Below are positions 1 to 9,222 of a stretch of DNA of 31,847 nucleotides, one piece after another. The notes below the pieces were generated by a model that saw only the letters and a program-made list of their open reading frames with translations, searched no databases and had not been told where the DNA came from. The DNA is from a virus (taxonomy: Duplodnaviria; Caudoviricetes), in the IMG/VR virus record IMGVR_UViG_3300011443_000041, positions 1 to 31,847 of that record; one strand, given 5' to 3'. Numbering within the stretch: the first letter of the stretch is position 1; each line of letters opens with the position of its first letter. The position numbers and the translations under genes are program-made.

Positions 1-294
1 AGAGTGCCGCTTGGAGAAAAGCACCTGCTGCCCTCCGAGGCTGTTCGCCGCCTGGAGCGCGTGCAGCGGCTCGAGCAGCGCGGCCTGGTCGGCCACCTCA
101 CTCACCGCCATCAGGTAGTCGCGGTCACGGTTCGGATGCCGACGCCGGAACTGAAGGGGCTCGACGAGGCGGCGCATCTCCGCGCGGGTGAGCCCGCACG
201 AGAGCTCGAAGAAGAAGGGCCGCTCGAGCTGGTCGTTCCCGTCGAGTGTGGGCGCCCACGCCTCCCAGCGCTGGTTCAGCTGCAGGTCAGCCAC
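1..294 (-). CDS. Hypothetical protein, probable tail assembly chaperone (3' end outside window)
   Basis: AGGAGG RBS directly after the tail tube stop, GTG at 294, open to window edge (MADLQLNQRWEAWAPTLDGNDQLERPFFFELSCGL...). Function inferred from position only. Not in the ORF track. Confidence 0.6.
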   Translation of the reverse strand, partial: MADLQLNQRWEAWAPTLDGNDQLERPFFFELSCGLTRAEMRRLVEPLQFRRRHPNRDRDYLMAVSEVADQAALLEPLHALQAANSLGGQQVLFSKRHS

Positions 295-305
295 ATGCGC
301 CTCCT

Positions 306-1514
306 TTACGAGTAAGTCACCGTCAGCATGTCGTTGCCGCTGTTGTCCCGCATGCGCAGCGGGATGCTCATCATCTGCGGCCCGTTCGCGTCGTCGTCCC
401 ACTTGAAGCGGTCGACCTCGCAGTACGGCGCCGAGAACGTCACGATGCCGCCCGCGCCGGTCCCGCACACGATGGTCAGCGCAATGGGCGTCTTCTGCTC
501 GCGGCACTTGCCCGCCAGCGCGATGTCCTCGCGCCGCATCAGCCCCTTCAGCATCGCCTTGCAGTCGTAGCGCTTCACGATCGGCGTCTGCACGTACGCG
601 CTGCCCGTCTCGCCCGGCCCCATCTCCAGGCCGGTGGTGAAGCTGAGCTCGAAGCTCTGGAAGCGGATGGTCTGCCCGCCCACCGAAACGGTCACGCTCA
701 CCTCGGACAGCGGGTTGCCGCTGTACGACTTGGCCGGGAAGTACGGGTAGAGCGCCTTCGCCGCGTGCGCGGCGCCCGAGCTCGACAGCTGCGCGCGCGC
801 GATGGTGGCGGTGAAGGTCGAGTAGTTCATCGCGGTGACCTTGATGATCTCCGACTCGGTCTGGTACCAGCCGACGTTGCCGAACCGGTACCCCTCCTCG
901 GCGTCGGCGAAGACGAGCGACGTCCCGACCCCGTCCGCGAGCGTGATGCTGGACGAGTAGGCGAGGTGGTACTTGCCGATGCCCTCGCCGGTGAACTTCG
1001 TCGAGAGCTCGCGATCGCCGCCGCTCCAGACGATGCCCTTGGTGATGCCGCCGCGCAGCTGCTCGGCCTTGTACGCGCTCGGCGTCGTGCCGCCCTGGCC
1101 GTCTCGGTAGTAGAGCGAGAGCCCGCTGAACGCAGCCGCCTCGATGGGGGTCGGCGTGAGCGAGTACACCACCGACGTCGCGCCGTTGACCGTCTGCACC
1201 AGGCCGGCCGCCTTGTAGAGCGCGGCCTCCGTCGGCACCGTGTCGGCCGCGCTGCGCGACTTCTGGCAGAAGTCGACCGACCAGCCGATCGGCTTCGTGC
1301 GCCCCGGCACGTAGCCGGTCGTCATGCCGCGGCCGATGGCCCGGTCCTTCTTCGGCCGGAACTCCGGCGCCTCGACCTCGCCGAGGTCGACGCTGACGAA
1401 CTCCAGCACCTGGCTGGCGGCCGGGTTCGGCGTCGTGCCCCAGCCGGAGCCGACGTTGCCCTCGCTCGCGGCGAGCAGGCCCTTGTCCCACGCAGTGACG
1501 ACTTCTCCAGCCAT
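306..1514 (-). CDS. Major tail tube protein with inserted beta domain
   Basis: 402 aa, downstream of tail completion genes. Beta-rich tube-like segments (FQSFELSFTTGL, GGIVTFSAPYCEV, NDMLTVTYS). Confidence 0.75.
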   Translation of the reverse strand: MAGEVVTAWDKGLLAASEGNVGSGWGTTPNPAASQVLEFVSVDLGEVEAPEFRPKKDRAIGRGMTTGYVPGRTKPIGWSVDFCQKSRSAADTVPTEAALYKAAGLVQTVNGATSVVYSLTPTPIEAAAFSGLSLYYRDGQGGTTPSAYKAEQLRGGITKGIVWSGGDRELSTKFTGEGIGKYHLAYSSSITLADGVGTSLVFADAEEGYRFGNVGWYQTESEIIKVTAMNYSTFTATIARAQLSSSGAAHAAKALYPYFPAKSYSGNPLSEVSVTVSVGGQTIRFQSFELSFTTGLEMGPGETGSAYVQTPIVKRYDCKAMLKGLMRREDIALAGKCREQKTPIALTIVCGTGAGGIVTFSAPYCEVDRFKWDDDANGPQMMSIPLRMRDNSGNDMLTVTYS

Positions 1515-1517
1515 GGC

Positions 1518-1718
1518 TTACCCCTTCCCTTTCTTCGCTCGTCCAGACGCCTGGACGGGGGCGACCTCGACGGCCTCCCAGGTGTTCTTCAGCTCGAGCA
1601 GCTCGCGGCCGGCCTGCTCGGACAGCTCGACCTCCCCGCCAGGCTCGACGAGCGCACCCCTCCCGGAGTGCTCGTCGGAGACCTGGACGGAGAGGGCGGA
1701 GACGTTTCTCAGCTTCAT
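1518..1718 (-). CDS. Small hypothetical virion-associated protein
   Basis: 66 aa, ATGA overlap with the upstream gene, basic C-terminus. Confidence 0.65.
   Translation of the reverse strand: MKLRNVSALSVQVSDEHSGRGALVEPGGEVELSEQAGRELLELKNTWEAVEVAPVQASGRAKKGKG
1540..1557. promoter_or_regulatory. 18-bp palindromic site, copy 1
   Basis: CGTCCAGACGCCTGGACG. Confidence 0.7.
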
Positions 1719-2890
1719 GCGGCGGGCCTTTCGAAGACGCGGATGGAGAGGATCATCAGGGCTCGGTCGAAGAGCCCCGGCGGGGAGTCCTTGCCCTTGA
1801 AGGCGAACGGCACGCCCTCAACGGTGCAGGTCTTCTCCTCGGCGAGCACGATGTCGCCGAGCGGCGCGGGCCCGCCGCGGCCGAGCTGGCGCCCGGCGTT
1901 GGTGAGGAGCAGCTCGCGCACGCACTGCACGCACGACGCGATGCCCTCGCGCGAGCGATGGCTCTGCACGTTCATCTGCCGGTAGAGGAAGCCGAGTTCG
2001 AGGCCGACCTGGTACTGGTCGGTGCGCACGGTCGAGCCGGCCTTGCTGCGTACCGGCACGCTCGAGCGCTTGCCGATGATGACCCAGAAGCCCGGGCCCA
2101 TGTCAGGGAAGAGGGGCAGCCCGTCGGCGATGCCCTTGTAGCCGGGCGCGACGAGCGGCGCGTGCACCACCTTCTCGCCGCCCTTCGACCAGCCGAACAG
2201 CGCGGCGGCGCCGGTGGTGTCCTTCACCGCGATGACGCCGTTCGCGGGGGCGGGGGCGAGCACTTCCTGTGGAACGGCGCCGTAGAGGTCGCGCGGGCCG
2301 CCCGCCTGGCCGGCGGAGATCTTCGCCTGGGTGAGACCGCGGACGACGAGGTACGAGTTGCCGACCGCACTCGCCGCCAGTCGCGCGACCGTGCTGCCGA
2401 ACGCGGCGTTGATGACGTCCGCGAGCTGCTGCATCGTGTAGGAGCCGGCCGGGAACGACACGACCTGCGTCACTCCGTCGACGACGTACGTGACGGTCTT
2501 GGTTCCCTGGCCGGTCGTGTCGATGCCCGAGTAGGCAGCGGCGGTGAACAGGTCCGCGTACGGCTGCGGCGGCGTACCGGTGAGCAAGAGTCGCCCGTCG
2601 GCGTCGGCCGATGCGACCTCGACCAGGCCGGCGGTCGCGTTGATGGTGGCGGCGAGCTGCGCGGCCGACTGGCTGCCAGCGGTGAAGTTGCCGGTGGTGA
2701 CGTAGCCACTGTCGACGCCCGTCTTGGAGATCTGCAGGTTCATCGTCCCGCTGATGGTGTACGGCCCGGCGTACGCGGCCTCGAGCACCGGCGCGCGCGC
2801 GCGGTTCATCACCGTCACCTTCGCGGGCAGCGCGCTGAGCAGGTAGCGGCGCAGCGCGCGAGCCGCCAGGGCCTCGACCTCGACGCTCAC
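1715..2890 (-). CDS. Putative tail terminator/completion protein with inserted domains
   Basis: 391 aa. N-terminal helix plus a C-terminal segment of about 140 aa with a terminator-like alpha/beta pattern; lies between virion morphogenesis gene and tail tube. Confidence 0.55.
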   Translation of the reverse strand: MSVEVEALAARALRRYLLSALPAKVTVMNRARAPVLEAAYAGPYTISGTMNLQISKTGVDSGYVTTGNFTAGSQSAAQLAATINATAGLVEVASADADGRLLLTGTPPQPYADLFTAAAYSGIDTTGQGTKTVTYVVDGVTQVVSFPAGSYTMQQLADVINAAFGSTVARLAASAVGNSYLVVRGLTQAKISAGQAGGPRDLYGAVPQEVLAPAPANGVIAVKDTTGAAALFGWSKGGEKVVHAPLVAPGYKGIADGLPLFPDMGPGFWVIIGKRSSVPVRSKAGSTVRTDQYQVGLELGFLYRQMNVQSHRSREGIASCVQCVRELLLTNAGRQLGRGGPAPLGDIVLAEEKTCTVEGVPFAFKGKDSPPGLFDRALMILSIRVFERPAA

Positions 2891-3451
2891 CTAGAAGCCC
2901 TCCACGTCGTCGGCGATGCTGCTCTCGATGAACTCGTCGGCGCCGGCGGCGTGCAGGGCGTCGCGCGCGCCCTCGAGCGCCACCCGCTGAACCTCGCGCT
3001 CGAACTCGCCGCTGAAGTCGAACGGGGGCCGGTCGGGCATGTCGGCCGTGCCGCTCTGGTGGAAGCTCGCGTAGTCGAGGCCGGAGGTGCCGAAGTTGAA
3101 CTCGGTGGTGGAGAAGTCGCGGAACGCGTGAGCGGCGCCGCTCTCGGTGAGCGCCTCCCGCATCGCGCCGGTGCGCTGCAAGATGGGCATGCCGGGGTAG
3201 TTGCGCCCCTTCCACTCCTCGTACGCGGGCGACAGCGCCGCCCAGTGGCCGACGTTGGGGCCTCGTCCCTCGGCGGCGAACTGCCGCTCGAGCTCGGCCT
3301 CGAACACCGGCACCATCTTCGGGAACGTGTGGGTGCCGAAGTCGGCGAGCTCGCCGCCGGCCCGCTCGAAGGCGACGCTCATCCGCTCGAGCGTGTCGTC
3401 GCCCGAGGGGACGTTGCCGACGCGGTACTCCAGCTTCACGCCCGAAATCAT
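2891..3451 (-). CDS. Phage virion morphogenesis / tail completion protein (Mu gpG-like)
   Basis: Motifs RQFAAEG...WAALSPAY...ILQRTGAMREAL...FGTSGLDYASFHQSG...MPDRP. Confidence 0.85.
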   Translation of the reverse strand: MISGVKLEYRVGNVPSGDDTLERMSVAFERAGGELADFGTHTFPKMVPVFEAELERQFAAEGRGPNVGHWAALSPAYEEWKGRNYPGMPILQRTGAMREALTESGAAHAFRDFSTTEFNFGTSGLDYASFHQSGTADMPDRPPFDFSGEFEREVQRVALEGARDALHAAGADEFIESSIADDVEGF

Positions 3452-3945
3452 CAGCGCTCGTCTCCGTAGCGGAGCCGCGGCTCAGCGTCGGACGCGTCCT
3501 CGTCGTCGCTCACCTCGATGCTGCTGTTCTCGGTGAAGTGCGTGATGGGGCCCTCGGGCTCGCTCTCCGTCTCGTCCGCTGAAGCGCCGTCGCCCAGCGC
3601 GTCAGCGCCGCCCTCAGAGAGGTCCTTGAACCGGTCCTTCAGCTCGTCGATGCGGCGCTGGTGCTCCGCCGGGTCGATGCCGCTCTGCGTGGGCGGGATG
3701 CGGGTGGCGACGTCCAGCCGGATGGTGTCGGCGCACCACGTGTACGCCTCCGACGCCGTGTCGGTGATGGCGGTCGGGTCGATGCTCTTGAGGCGGAGCT
3801 TGCCGGCGAGGCGCGCGCCCGCGGAGCCAATCATCTCCGTCACCGTCGTTTCGGTCGGCGACGTCGTCGCGTCGTAGCTGGTGAGGTGCGGGAAGTGGTG
3901 CCGCCGCACGTCATCTGCATCGACACCGAAGACGGAGACGGTCAC
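3451..3945 (-). CDS. Putative head-tail adaptor protein
   Basis: 164 aa, helical, acidic tail; directly upstream of the morphogenesis gene. Confidence 0.6.
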   Translation of the reverse strand: MTVSVFGVDADDVRRHHFPHLTSYDATTSPTETTVTEMIGSAGARLAGKLRLKSIDPTAITDTASEAYTWCADTIRLDVATRIPPTQSGIDPAEHQRRIDELKDRFKDLSEGGADALGDGASADETESEPEGPITHFTENSSIEVSDDEDASDAEPRLRYGDER

Positions 3946-3953
3946 GCATCACC

Positions 3954-4241
3954 TCAGGGTGCGCCGCCGTCGTTCCAGCCGTTGTCGTTGGCGACCATCT
4001 GGTCCGCCATCTGCCGAGCGGTCGCACACTTTGCGTTGCCGACCGCGTAGGTGAGCGGCGGCGCGCCGCCCGTCGGCGAGACGGCGTAGCCGGTGCAGCC
4101 CTGCGAGCCACCGTCGGGCGGCAAGTTGATGGTGATTTGGTTCGCCCGCGGCACCGCCGGCGGCGAGGGGACGATACAGGTCTGAAGCTGAGCCCAGCCG
4201 ATTGCGCTGGTCAGGAGGACGAGAACGAGTGCGAAGCGCAT
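3954..4241 (-). CDS. Small exported protein (Sec signal peptide)
   Basis: MRFALVLVLLTSAIGWA|QL; three Cys in the mature part. Confidence 0.7.
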   Translation of the reverse strand: MRFALVLVLLTSAIGWAQLQTCIVPSPPAVPRANQITINLPPDGGSQGCTGYAVSPTGGAPPLTYAVGNAKCATARQMADQMVANDNGWNDGGAP

Positions 4242-5377
4242 CAGTAGGTCACCCCCTCGACGATGAACGTGGTGCTTCCTGTCGACGCGACAGAGCAGTT
4301 AGCGCCCGTGCAGGTGAAGCGGCACTGCACAGTGATGGCGCCGGGGACACCCGTGGCGACGGTGCCCATATCGGCAAGGGTCGCGCTCACCACGCCCGCG
4401 CCCATCTCGGCGACCACGTCACCGAACGCGCCAGTTGCGGCCAGCTCGCTGTGTGAGAGCAGGTATTGATTGCCGCCCGCTGAGTTGCCGCACGTGACCG
4501 CAACAGCAGTGAGCGGCCCCGCCCCGTCGTCGAAAACCTGCGTCACCTCGGCGAGCACGCGCTTGATGCTCGTGTTGACCGGCGTGGTGTGCAGCGTGAT
4601 GTCGGTGGTGCCGGCCGCTGCCATCGCGGCGTTGGTGACCACCACCTTGTGGACCCACTGGCGAACGGCGCCGGAGTACGTGGCAGTGATGCCGGTCCCG
4701 CTCGCGGCGGTGCCGACGGTCGCGAGGTTCTGGTAGGTGCCGTCGGTGAAGACTCGGCCGACGACGTTGGCGCCGTTCGCACCGCGCGAGAACTGGGTGA
4801 CGTACCGGTCCTGACCAGAGGTCATCGCGGTCGCATTCGTCAGGACGATCGCCCCCGCCCCTGCCGAATCCGCGGCGTTCCCATAGAGCGCCGTGTCGCT
4901 GGATGACACGATGTTGTAATGAAGAATGCGCTGGTTCGACGCATTCTGGTACCCCAGCGACGCCAGCAACGTCGAGCTTGTCGACGTCGCGCCGTTGTAG
5001 GCAACGTTGAACAGGCTCGCCGCGTTCGCCGCCGTACCGATGCTGAGCACGTAGTCGGTCGCGTCGAGGGCACTCTGCGGGTAGAGCCTGAAGGCCGAGG
5101 TCCCAGCGGTCGCTCCAGCATTTGCCGAACTGATGTTGCTTGTGAGGGTGCCGGACGCACTGGTGCTGGACCAGAAGATGCCCTGCGTGGGGCCACCCGT
5201 GATGGTGATGTCTCCAAGCGTCGTCAGCGCCCCGCTCAGCGTCAGGTCCGTGCCGGTCGCGCCGCTCGCGAGGATGCGCGCGCTGAACGAACCGCTCGCG
5301 AGGCCCGGCCCGCCGAGCCCCTGCGCCGAGGCGGCGCCCGCGACCAGCAACGCTGCGATGACGGCGAGCTGCTTCAC
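4241..5377 (-). CDS. Signal-peptide-bearing fibre/decoration-like protein
   Basis: MKQLAVIAALLVAGAASA|QG; rich in G/A/T/S; C-terminal beta-sandwich-like domain with four Cys. Confidence 0.75.
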   Translation of the reverse strand: MKQLAVIAALLVAGAASAQGLGGPGLASGSFSARILASGATGTDLTLSGALTTLGDITITGGPTQGIFWSSTSASGTLTSNISSANAGATAGTSAFRLYPQSALDATDYVLSIGTAANAASLFNVAYNGATSTSSTLLASLGYQNASNQRILHYNIVSSSDTALYGNAADSAGAGAIVLTNATAMTSGQDRYVTQFSRGANGANVVGRVFTDGTYQNLATVGTAASGTGITATYSGAVRQWVHKVVVTNAAMAAAGTTDITLHTTPVNTSIKRVLAEVTQVFDDGAGPLTAVAVTCGNSAGGNQYLLSHSELAATGAFGDVVAEMGAGVVSATLADMGTVATGVPGAITVQCRFTCTGANCSVASTGSTTFIVEGVTY

Positions 5378-5859
5378 TTCAGCTCCCAGAACTTCAGGTC
5401 ACCAGACGCCGACACGCGCAGTGCAGCGATGAAGCAGTCGGTGCCGACTGGCGGCATCCAGACGACGCGCTCGTTCGGCTGCAGCTTCACCCCGTTCACC
5501 GCGGTGACGGTGCCGGTGCTGGTGGTGGCGCGCCCGACGTAGACTTCGGTCGACGGCTGCAACAGCAGCACCTTCCCGCAGAGCTCGTCGCCGGTGTTCG
5601 CGAACGGCGTCGTCGCTTCGTGGTTCGTCTTCGACGTGCCCGTGTAGTCGATGGTGCCGAGGTAGACGGGCTCGCCGTTCAGCTTCAGGTACAGCGTGAG
5701 CTCGTTCGCCGGGCGGTACGCTGCCAGCAGTTCCTCGCGCACCATCTCGCGGAAGACGCGCAGCTCGGGCCCGCCGGAGCCCGGCAGCTCGACGTCGCGC
5801 ACCGGCACTGGCGCGTGAGCGCACCCGACGGCGAACAGGGACAGGATGAAGCGCTTCAC
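5374..5859 (-). CDS. Exported or lipoprotein-like protein with small beta-jelly-roll-like C-terminal domain
   Basis: MKRFILSLFAVGC (lipobox-like, or SPI cleavage after AHA); GGAGG RBS; C-terminal VLLLQP..VYVG..VTAVNGVKLQPNE pattern. Confidence 0.7.
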   Translation of the reverse strand: MKRFILSLFAVGCAHAPVPVRDVELPGSGGPELRVFREMVREELLAAYRPANELTLYLKLNGEPVYLGTIDYTGTSKTNHEATTPFANTGDELCGKVLLLQPSTEVYVGRATTSTGTVTAVNGVKLQPNERVVWMPPVGTDCFIAALRVSASGDLKFWELK

Positions 5860-5890
5860 GTGGACCTCCGGGAGGTGAGGTGGCCCGCGC

Positions 5891-6334
5891 TTACGGGTGC
5901 TCCCACCAGGTGATTTCGTAGTCGTTGGTGGCGGCGGGGTCGCCGCCGGTGGTGTCGGCGGTGAAGGTCACCTTGACCGTGTTGGCCGACTCGACGAACG
6001 CGCCGAGCGTGCCGTCGTCCCACGCGGCGTCGTCCTGGAGCGGCGCGATGTTGACGTGGGTGCCGAGCGCGACGCCCGTGCACGTACCCGTGATGTTCGC
6101 CTGAACGCTCGCGGCCGCGGATGGGATGTCGAGGTTGTCGAGCTGGCACCGCACCAGCTTCGAGAGCTTGTTGGTGCTGTCGTTCGTCGTCGCGTCACCG
6201 ATGAAGATGCCGCCCTTCGCGTAGACCGGCACCGTGTACGGGCCGACCACCGCGCCGCCGTAGGCCGCGCCGAGCGCCACGCCGCCGATGCCGACCGCCG
6301 CGCAGATCGCCGCCGCGATGATGATGGAGCGCAT
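5891..6334 (-). CDS. Signal-peptide-bearing capsid-decoration-like protein
   Basis: MRSIIIAAAICAAVGIGGVALG N-terminus; C-terminal LDIPS..TGVALG..AFVESANTVKVTF..DPA pattern resembling phage decoration domains. Confidence 0.7.
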   Translation of the reverse strand: MRSIIIAAAICAAVGIGGVALGAAYGGAVVGPYTVPVYAKGGIFIGDATTNDSTNKLSKLVRCQLDNLDIPSAAASVQANITGTCTGVALGTHVNIAPLQDDAAWDDGTLGAFVESANTVKVTFTADTTGGDPAATNDYEITWWEHP

Positions 6335-6337
6335 CGG

Positions 6338-6673
6338 TCAGCCCTTGCCCTTCTTGGCCTTGCCCTTCTTGGCGGGCTCCTCGACCGCGGGCGGCTCCTC
6401 GCCGTCCGCCTCGCCCTCGTCGGCCTCGGGCTCCGGTTCCGGCGCCTTGCGGCCGCGCTTGCCCGCGAGGCGCTTCGCCTCCTTCTCGGCCTCGCTGTCC
6501 CGGTCGAGCTTCTTCTTCTGCTCGAGCCGCTGGAAGTCGGCCTCGGTCACGACGAGCTCGCCGTGCGCGTTGAGGTGCTCCGCCTGCTCCTCGGTGAGGT
6601 CGAGCTGCCCGCCGTAGGGCAGCGTCTCTCCGCCGAACTTCACCTGCCCGTGCACCACTCGAAACTGAGCCAT
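6338..6673 (-). CDS. Hypothetical protein downstream of major capsid
   Basis: 111 aa, AAAGGA RBS, charged low-complexity C-terminal half. Confidence 0.75.
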   Translation of the reverse strand: MAQFRVVHGQVKFGGETLPYGGQLDLTEEQAEHLNAHGELVVTEADFQRLEQKKKLDRDSEAEKEAKRLAGKRGRKAPEPEPEADEGEADGEEPPAVEEPAKKGKAKKGKG

Positions 6674-6704
6674 GTTCGTTGTCCTTTCGCTGGAGCGCGA
6701 GCGC

Positions 6705-7670
6705 TCAGTAGATGTTGGTGATGAGCGAGCCGGCCGAGAAGTCCGAGTCCGAGCTGGAGACGACCGCTCCAGCCGCGAGCAGGTACTCCCAGCCCTTCTC
6801 GAGCACCTTGATGCGGCCGTCCGGCCCGCCGCGCTCCTGGTCTTCGTAGGTGTACGTGTACAGCTGCTTGCGGATGTACTTCGCGCCGTACCGCATCTGC
6901 CGGCGGTTCATGCTCGGGTTCTTCACGTACAGCAGCGCGACATCGCTCCAGACCGCCGCGCTCGAGGGGGTGGCGCCCTTCGCCGAGCTGTCGTAGCGAG
7001 CCGTGCAGACGTGCAGGTACTCGAGGTCGAGGAGGTTCATGATCTCCTGGTTCGTCAGCATCCGGTCGCTCGAGTAGTGCAGGCGCGCCTTCAGCGCCGG
7101 CGACTGCTTGAGCTGCGAGAGCCCGAGGAAGCCGATCGCCATCGCGTTCGGCACCATGCCGCACTGGCCCCAGACGACTTCCTTCTGGTCGGAGACGTTC
7201 TTCTCCGGGTTGCCGTCCGCGTCGGCCCAGGTCGAGCCGGCCGCCAGCGCGAGCACCGCCGCCGACGGGTAGCTGCCGGTCGTCGAGAGGGCGGTGTACG
7301 CGAGGCGCTCCCGCTTGATCATCAGCCGAGACATGATGTTCTCGGACTGGTCCATCTCGATGTCCTGCACCGCCGCGTCCGCGTTCGCCTCGTCCTTCGG
7401 GTCGATGTCGGCCGAGAGCTTGTGCAGCTCGAGCGTGCGAGTGGTCTTGAACACCCCGTAGTCGACCTTCAGCGCCTTCGACTTGCTCGAGGCGCGCGTC
7501 TCGACTTCGCGCATGTGGTTCGTGTCGTACTGGTACACGTCCACCTCGGACTTGTCGCAGTAGACGGGCGTGAAGACCTCGTCTGCGATGAAGCCCGACA
7601 TCGAGTTGACCTGCTTGATGGAGAGACCATCGAGCGGGTTGCGGGTGAACATCTGAGAGGCGTCGATCAT
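6705..7670 (-). CDS. Major capsid protein (HK97 fold)
   Basis: 321 aa, follows protease and decoration genes; FIADEVFT, TWADADGNP and GMVPNAMAIG motifs typical of Mu T/lambda E-like capsids; strong RBS. Confidence 0.85.
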   Translation of the reverse strand: MIDASQMFTRNPLDGLSIKQVNSMSGFIADEVFTPVYCDKSEVDVYQYDTNHMREVETRASSKSKALKVDYGVFKTTRTLELHKLSADIDPKDEANADAAVQDIEMDQSENIMSRLMIKRERLAYTALSTTGSYPSAAVLALAAGSTWADADGNPEKNVSDQKEVVWGQCGMVPNAMAIGFLGLSQLKQSPALKARLHYSSDRMLTNQEIMNLLDLEYLHVCTARYDSSAKGATPSSAAVWSDVALLYVKNPSMNRRQMRYGAKYIRKQLYTYTYEDQERGGPDGRIKVLEKGWEYLLAAGAVVSSSDSDFSAGSLITNIY

Positions 7671-7692
7671 GGCAGTCGTGTCCTTTCGAAAA

Positions 7693-8085
7693 TCAGGCGT
7701 TGGGCGCGCCGAGCGCGACCGGCGTGGTGAGCAGAACCGGGTGCTCCTCGCCGCTCGCCGCGGTCGCGGAACCGATGAAGTAGCCGAGCGTGTTCGACGC
7801 GGCGCCGGCGGCGGCGACCGCCTTGCCGGCGTTGTTGGACTCGACCGGGCCGTTCACGTTGACGGTGCCGCCGAACTGCACCATCGCGACCCCGTTGATC
7901 TGCACGCCGATCCACTTGTCGGCGCCGCTGGCGGCCTCGACGGCAACCCCGATGGTGAGGTCACCCTCGGCGGCCGAGATGACGACCTGGCGCGCGTTGG
8001 TGGAGTCGAGCTTGACGAAGCAGCCGCGCGTGATGGCGGCGCCGCTCTTCATGGGGATGATGATTCCGACGGACTCGATAGACAT
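7693..8085 (-). CDS. Capsid decoration/cement protein (DUF2190-like)
   Basis: 130 aa; AAITRGCFVKL...IGVAVEAA...GVQINGVAMV...VESNNAGKAV; lies between scaffold and capsid genes. Confidence 0.8.
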   Translation of the reverse strand: MSIESVGIIIPMKSGAAITRGCFVKLDSTNARQVVISAAEGDLTIGVAVEAASGADKWIGVQINGVAMVQFGGTVNVNGPVESNNAGKAVAAAGAASNTLGYFIGSATAASGEEHPVLLTTPVALGAPNA

Positions 8086-8108
8086 GGTGCGGGTGTCCTT
8101 TCAGCGCT

Positions 8109-9215
8109 TCAGGCCGAGGCCTTGGGGGTGGAGGGGAAGGCCGAGCGGTACAGCTCGGGGTTCTCCTTGGCGGCGCGGCGCGTGGCCGTGACCGGGGCGA
8201 CGCCGGACTTCTCGAGCTCGGCGACCTTCGCCTCGAACTGCTTGAGCGCGTCGCCCTGCTCGCCGGTCGGCGGCGTGCCGGCGCTGCGCGGCCCGCCGAG
8301 GTTGACGATCGGCGCGCGCGCCGCGTAGCGGGCGGTGGCCTTCTCGAGCCCGTACGTCTTGACGTCCTCGAGCACGGCGGCCTTCTCGATGGCGGCGATG
8401 CGACCCTCGCGCTCGAGCTTCGCGCAGAGCGCCTCACCGTCGGCCTTCACCTTCGCGTCGGCCGCGGCCTGCTCGATGGCGGCGATGCGCTTCTCACCAG
8501 CGAGACGAGCCTCGCGCTCCTTCGACAGCTCGAGCTCGAGCTCACCGGTGCGCTTCTCGGCCGCGGTGCGCTTGTCGACCGACTCGGCCGCGGTGCGCTT
8601 CGCGTCGGCGCCGGCCCTCACCGCCGCTTCGATCTCCGCGTCCGTCGCGGTCGCGGCGAGGGCGTACAGCGCAATCAGCTTGGTGCGGTCCATCAGGTTC
8701 TCCTTCGAGGGTGAATCGTTCGCGGCCAGCGGCTGCAGGTGGCCGAGGAAATAGGGGTCGTTCAGCAGCGAGGCGCCGAACAGCGTCGGCTCGAGCTCGC
8801 CGGTCGCCGCGTCAGGCCACGCCTCGTGGAACTCGGGCGAGATGTACTGGAAGCGCTCGGCGTCGACGTCGGCCTTGCCCTCGGGCAGCCACTTCGTGAG
8901 GCCCTCGAGGGTGTCCTTCGCGCTGATGCGGAAGTCCGTCAACCAGCCCACCGCAGCCTTCGCCTTCGGGTCCGTGACGCGCGTCTCGTTCGAGCTGCCC
9001 CAGTGGTGGCGGTCGATGGGCAGCTTCGGGGAGCCCTTCGCCTTCCAGTTGGCGATCATCTTCTCGAGCAGCTCGCGGGTGACGTTGATGACGCCCCAGT
9101 CGGAGCGGTGCCACTCGCCCGCGGGCATGATCTCGTTCCACACGGGACCTTCGCCGGCTGCGGAGACCGTCGCCGCGCGAACGTTGCTGCCCAGACCGAG
9201 ACGCTTCTTCAGCAC
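8109..9215 (-). CDS. Mu-like prohead protease I with C-terminal scaffold
   Basis: LPIDRHH, AAVGWL, FQYISPEF and ASLLNDP motifs, followed by a helical coiled-coil region. Confidence 0.9.
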   Translation of the reverse strand: MLKKRLGLGSNVRAATVSAAGEGPVWNEIMPAGEWHRSDWGVINVTRELLEKMIANWKAKGSPKLPIDRHHWGSSNETRVTDPKAKAAVGWLTDFRISAKDTLEGLTKWLPEGKADVDAERFQYISPEFHEAWPDAATGELEPTLFGASLLNDPYFLGHLQPLAANDSPSKENLMDRTKLIALYALAATATDAEIEAAVRAGADAKRTAAESVDKRTAAEKRTGELELELSKEREARLAGEKRIAAIEQAAADAKVKADGEALCAKLEREGRIAAIEKAAVLEDVKTYGLEKATARYAARAPIVNLGGPRSAGTPPTGEQGDALKQFEAKVAELEKSGVAPVTATRRAAKENPELYRSAFPSTPKASA

Positions 9216-9222
9216 GAGGCCA

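Noticed and set aside
3954-6334. Exported proteins as a lysis cassette (holin/spanin/endolysin)
   Set aside because: No catalytic endolysin motif, no coiled-coil i-spanin and no multi-TM holin; the mature regions are beta-rich.
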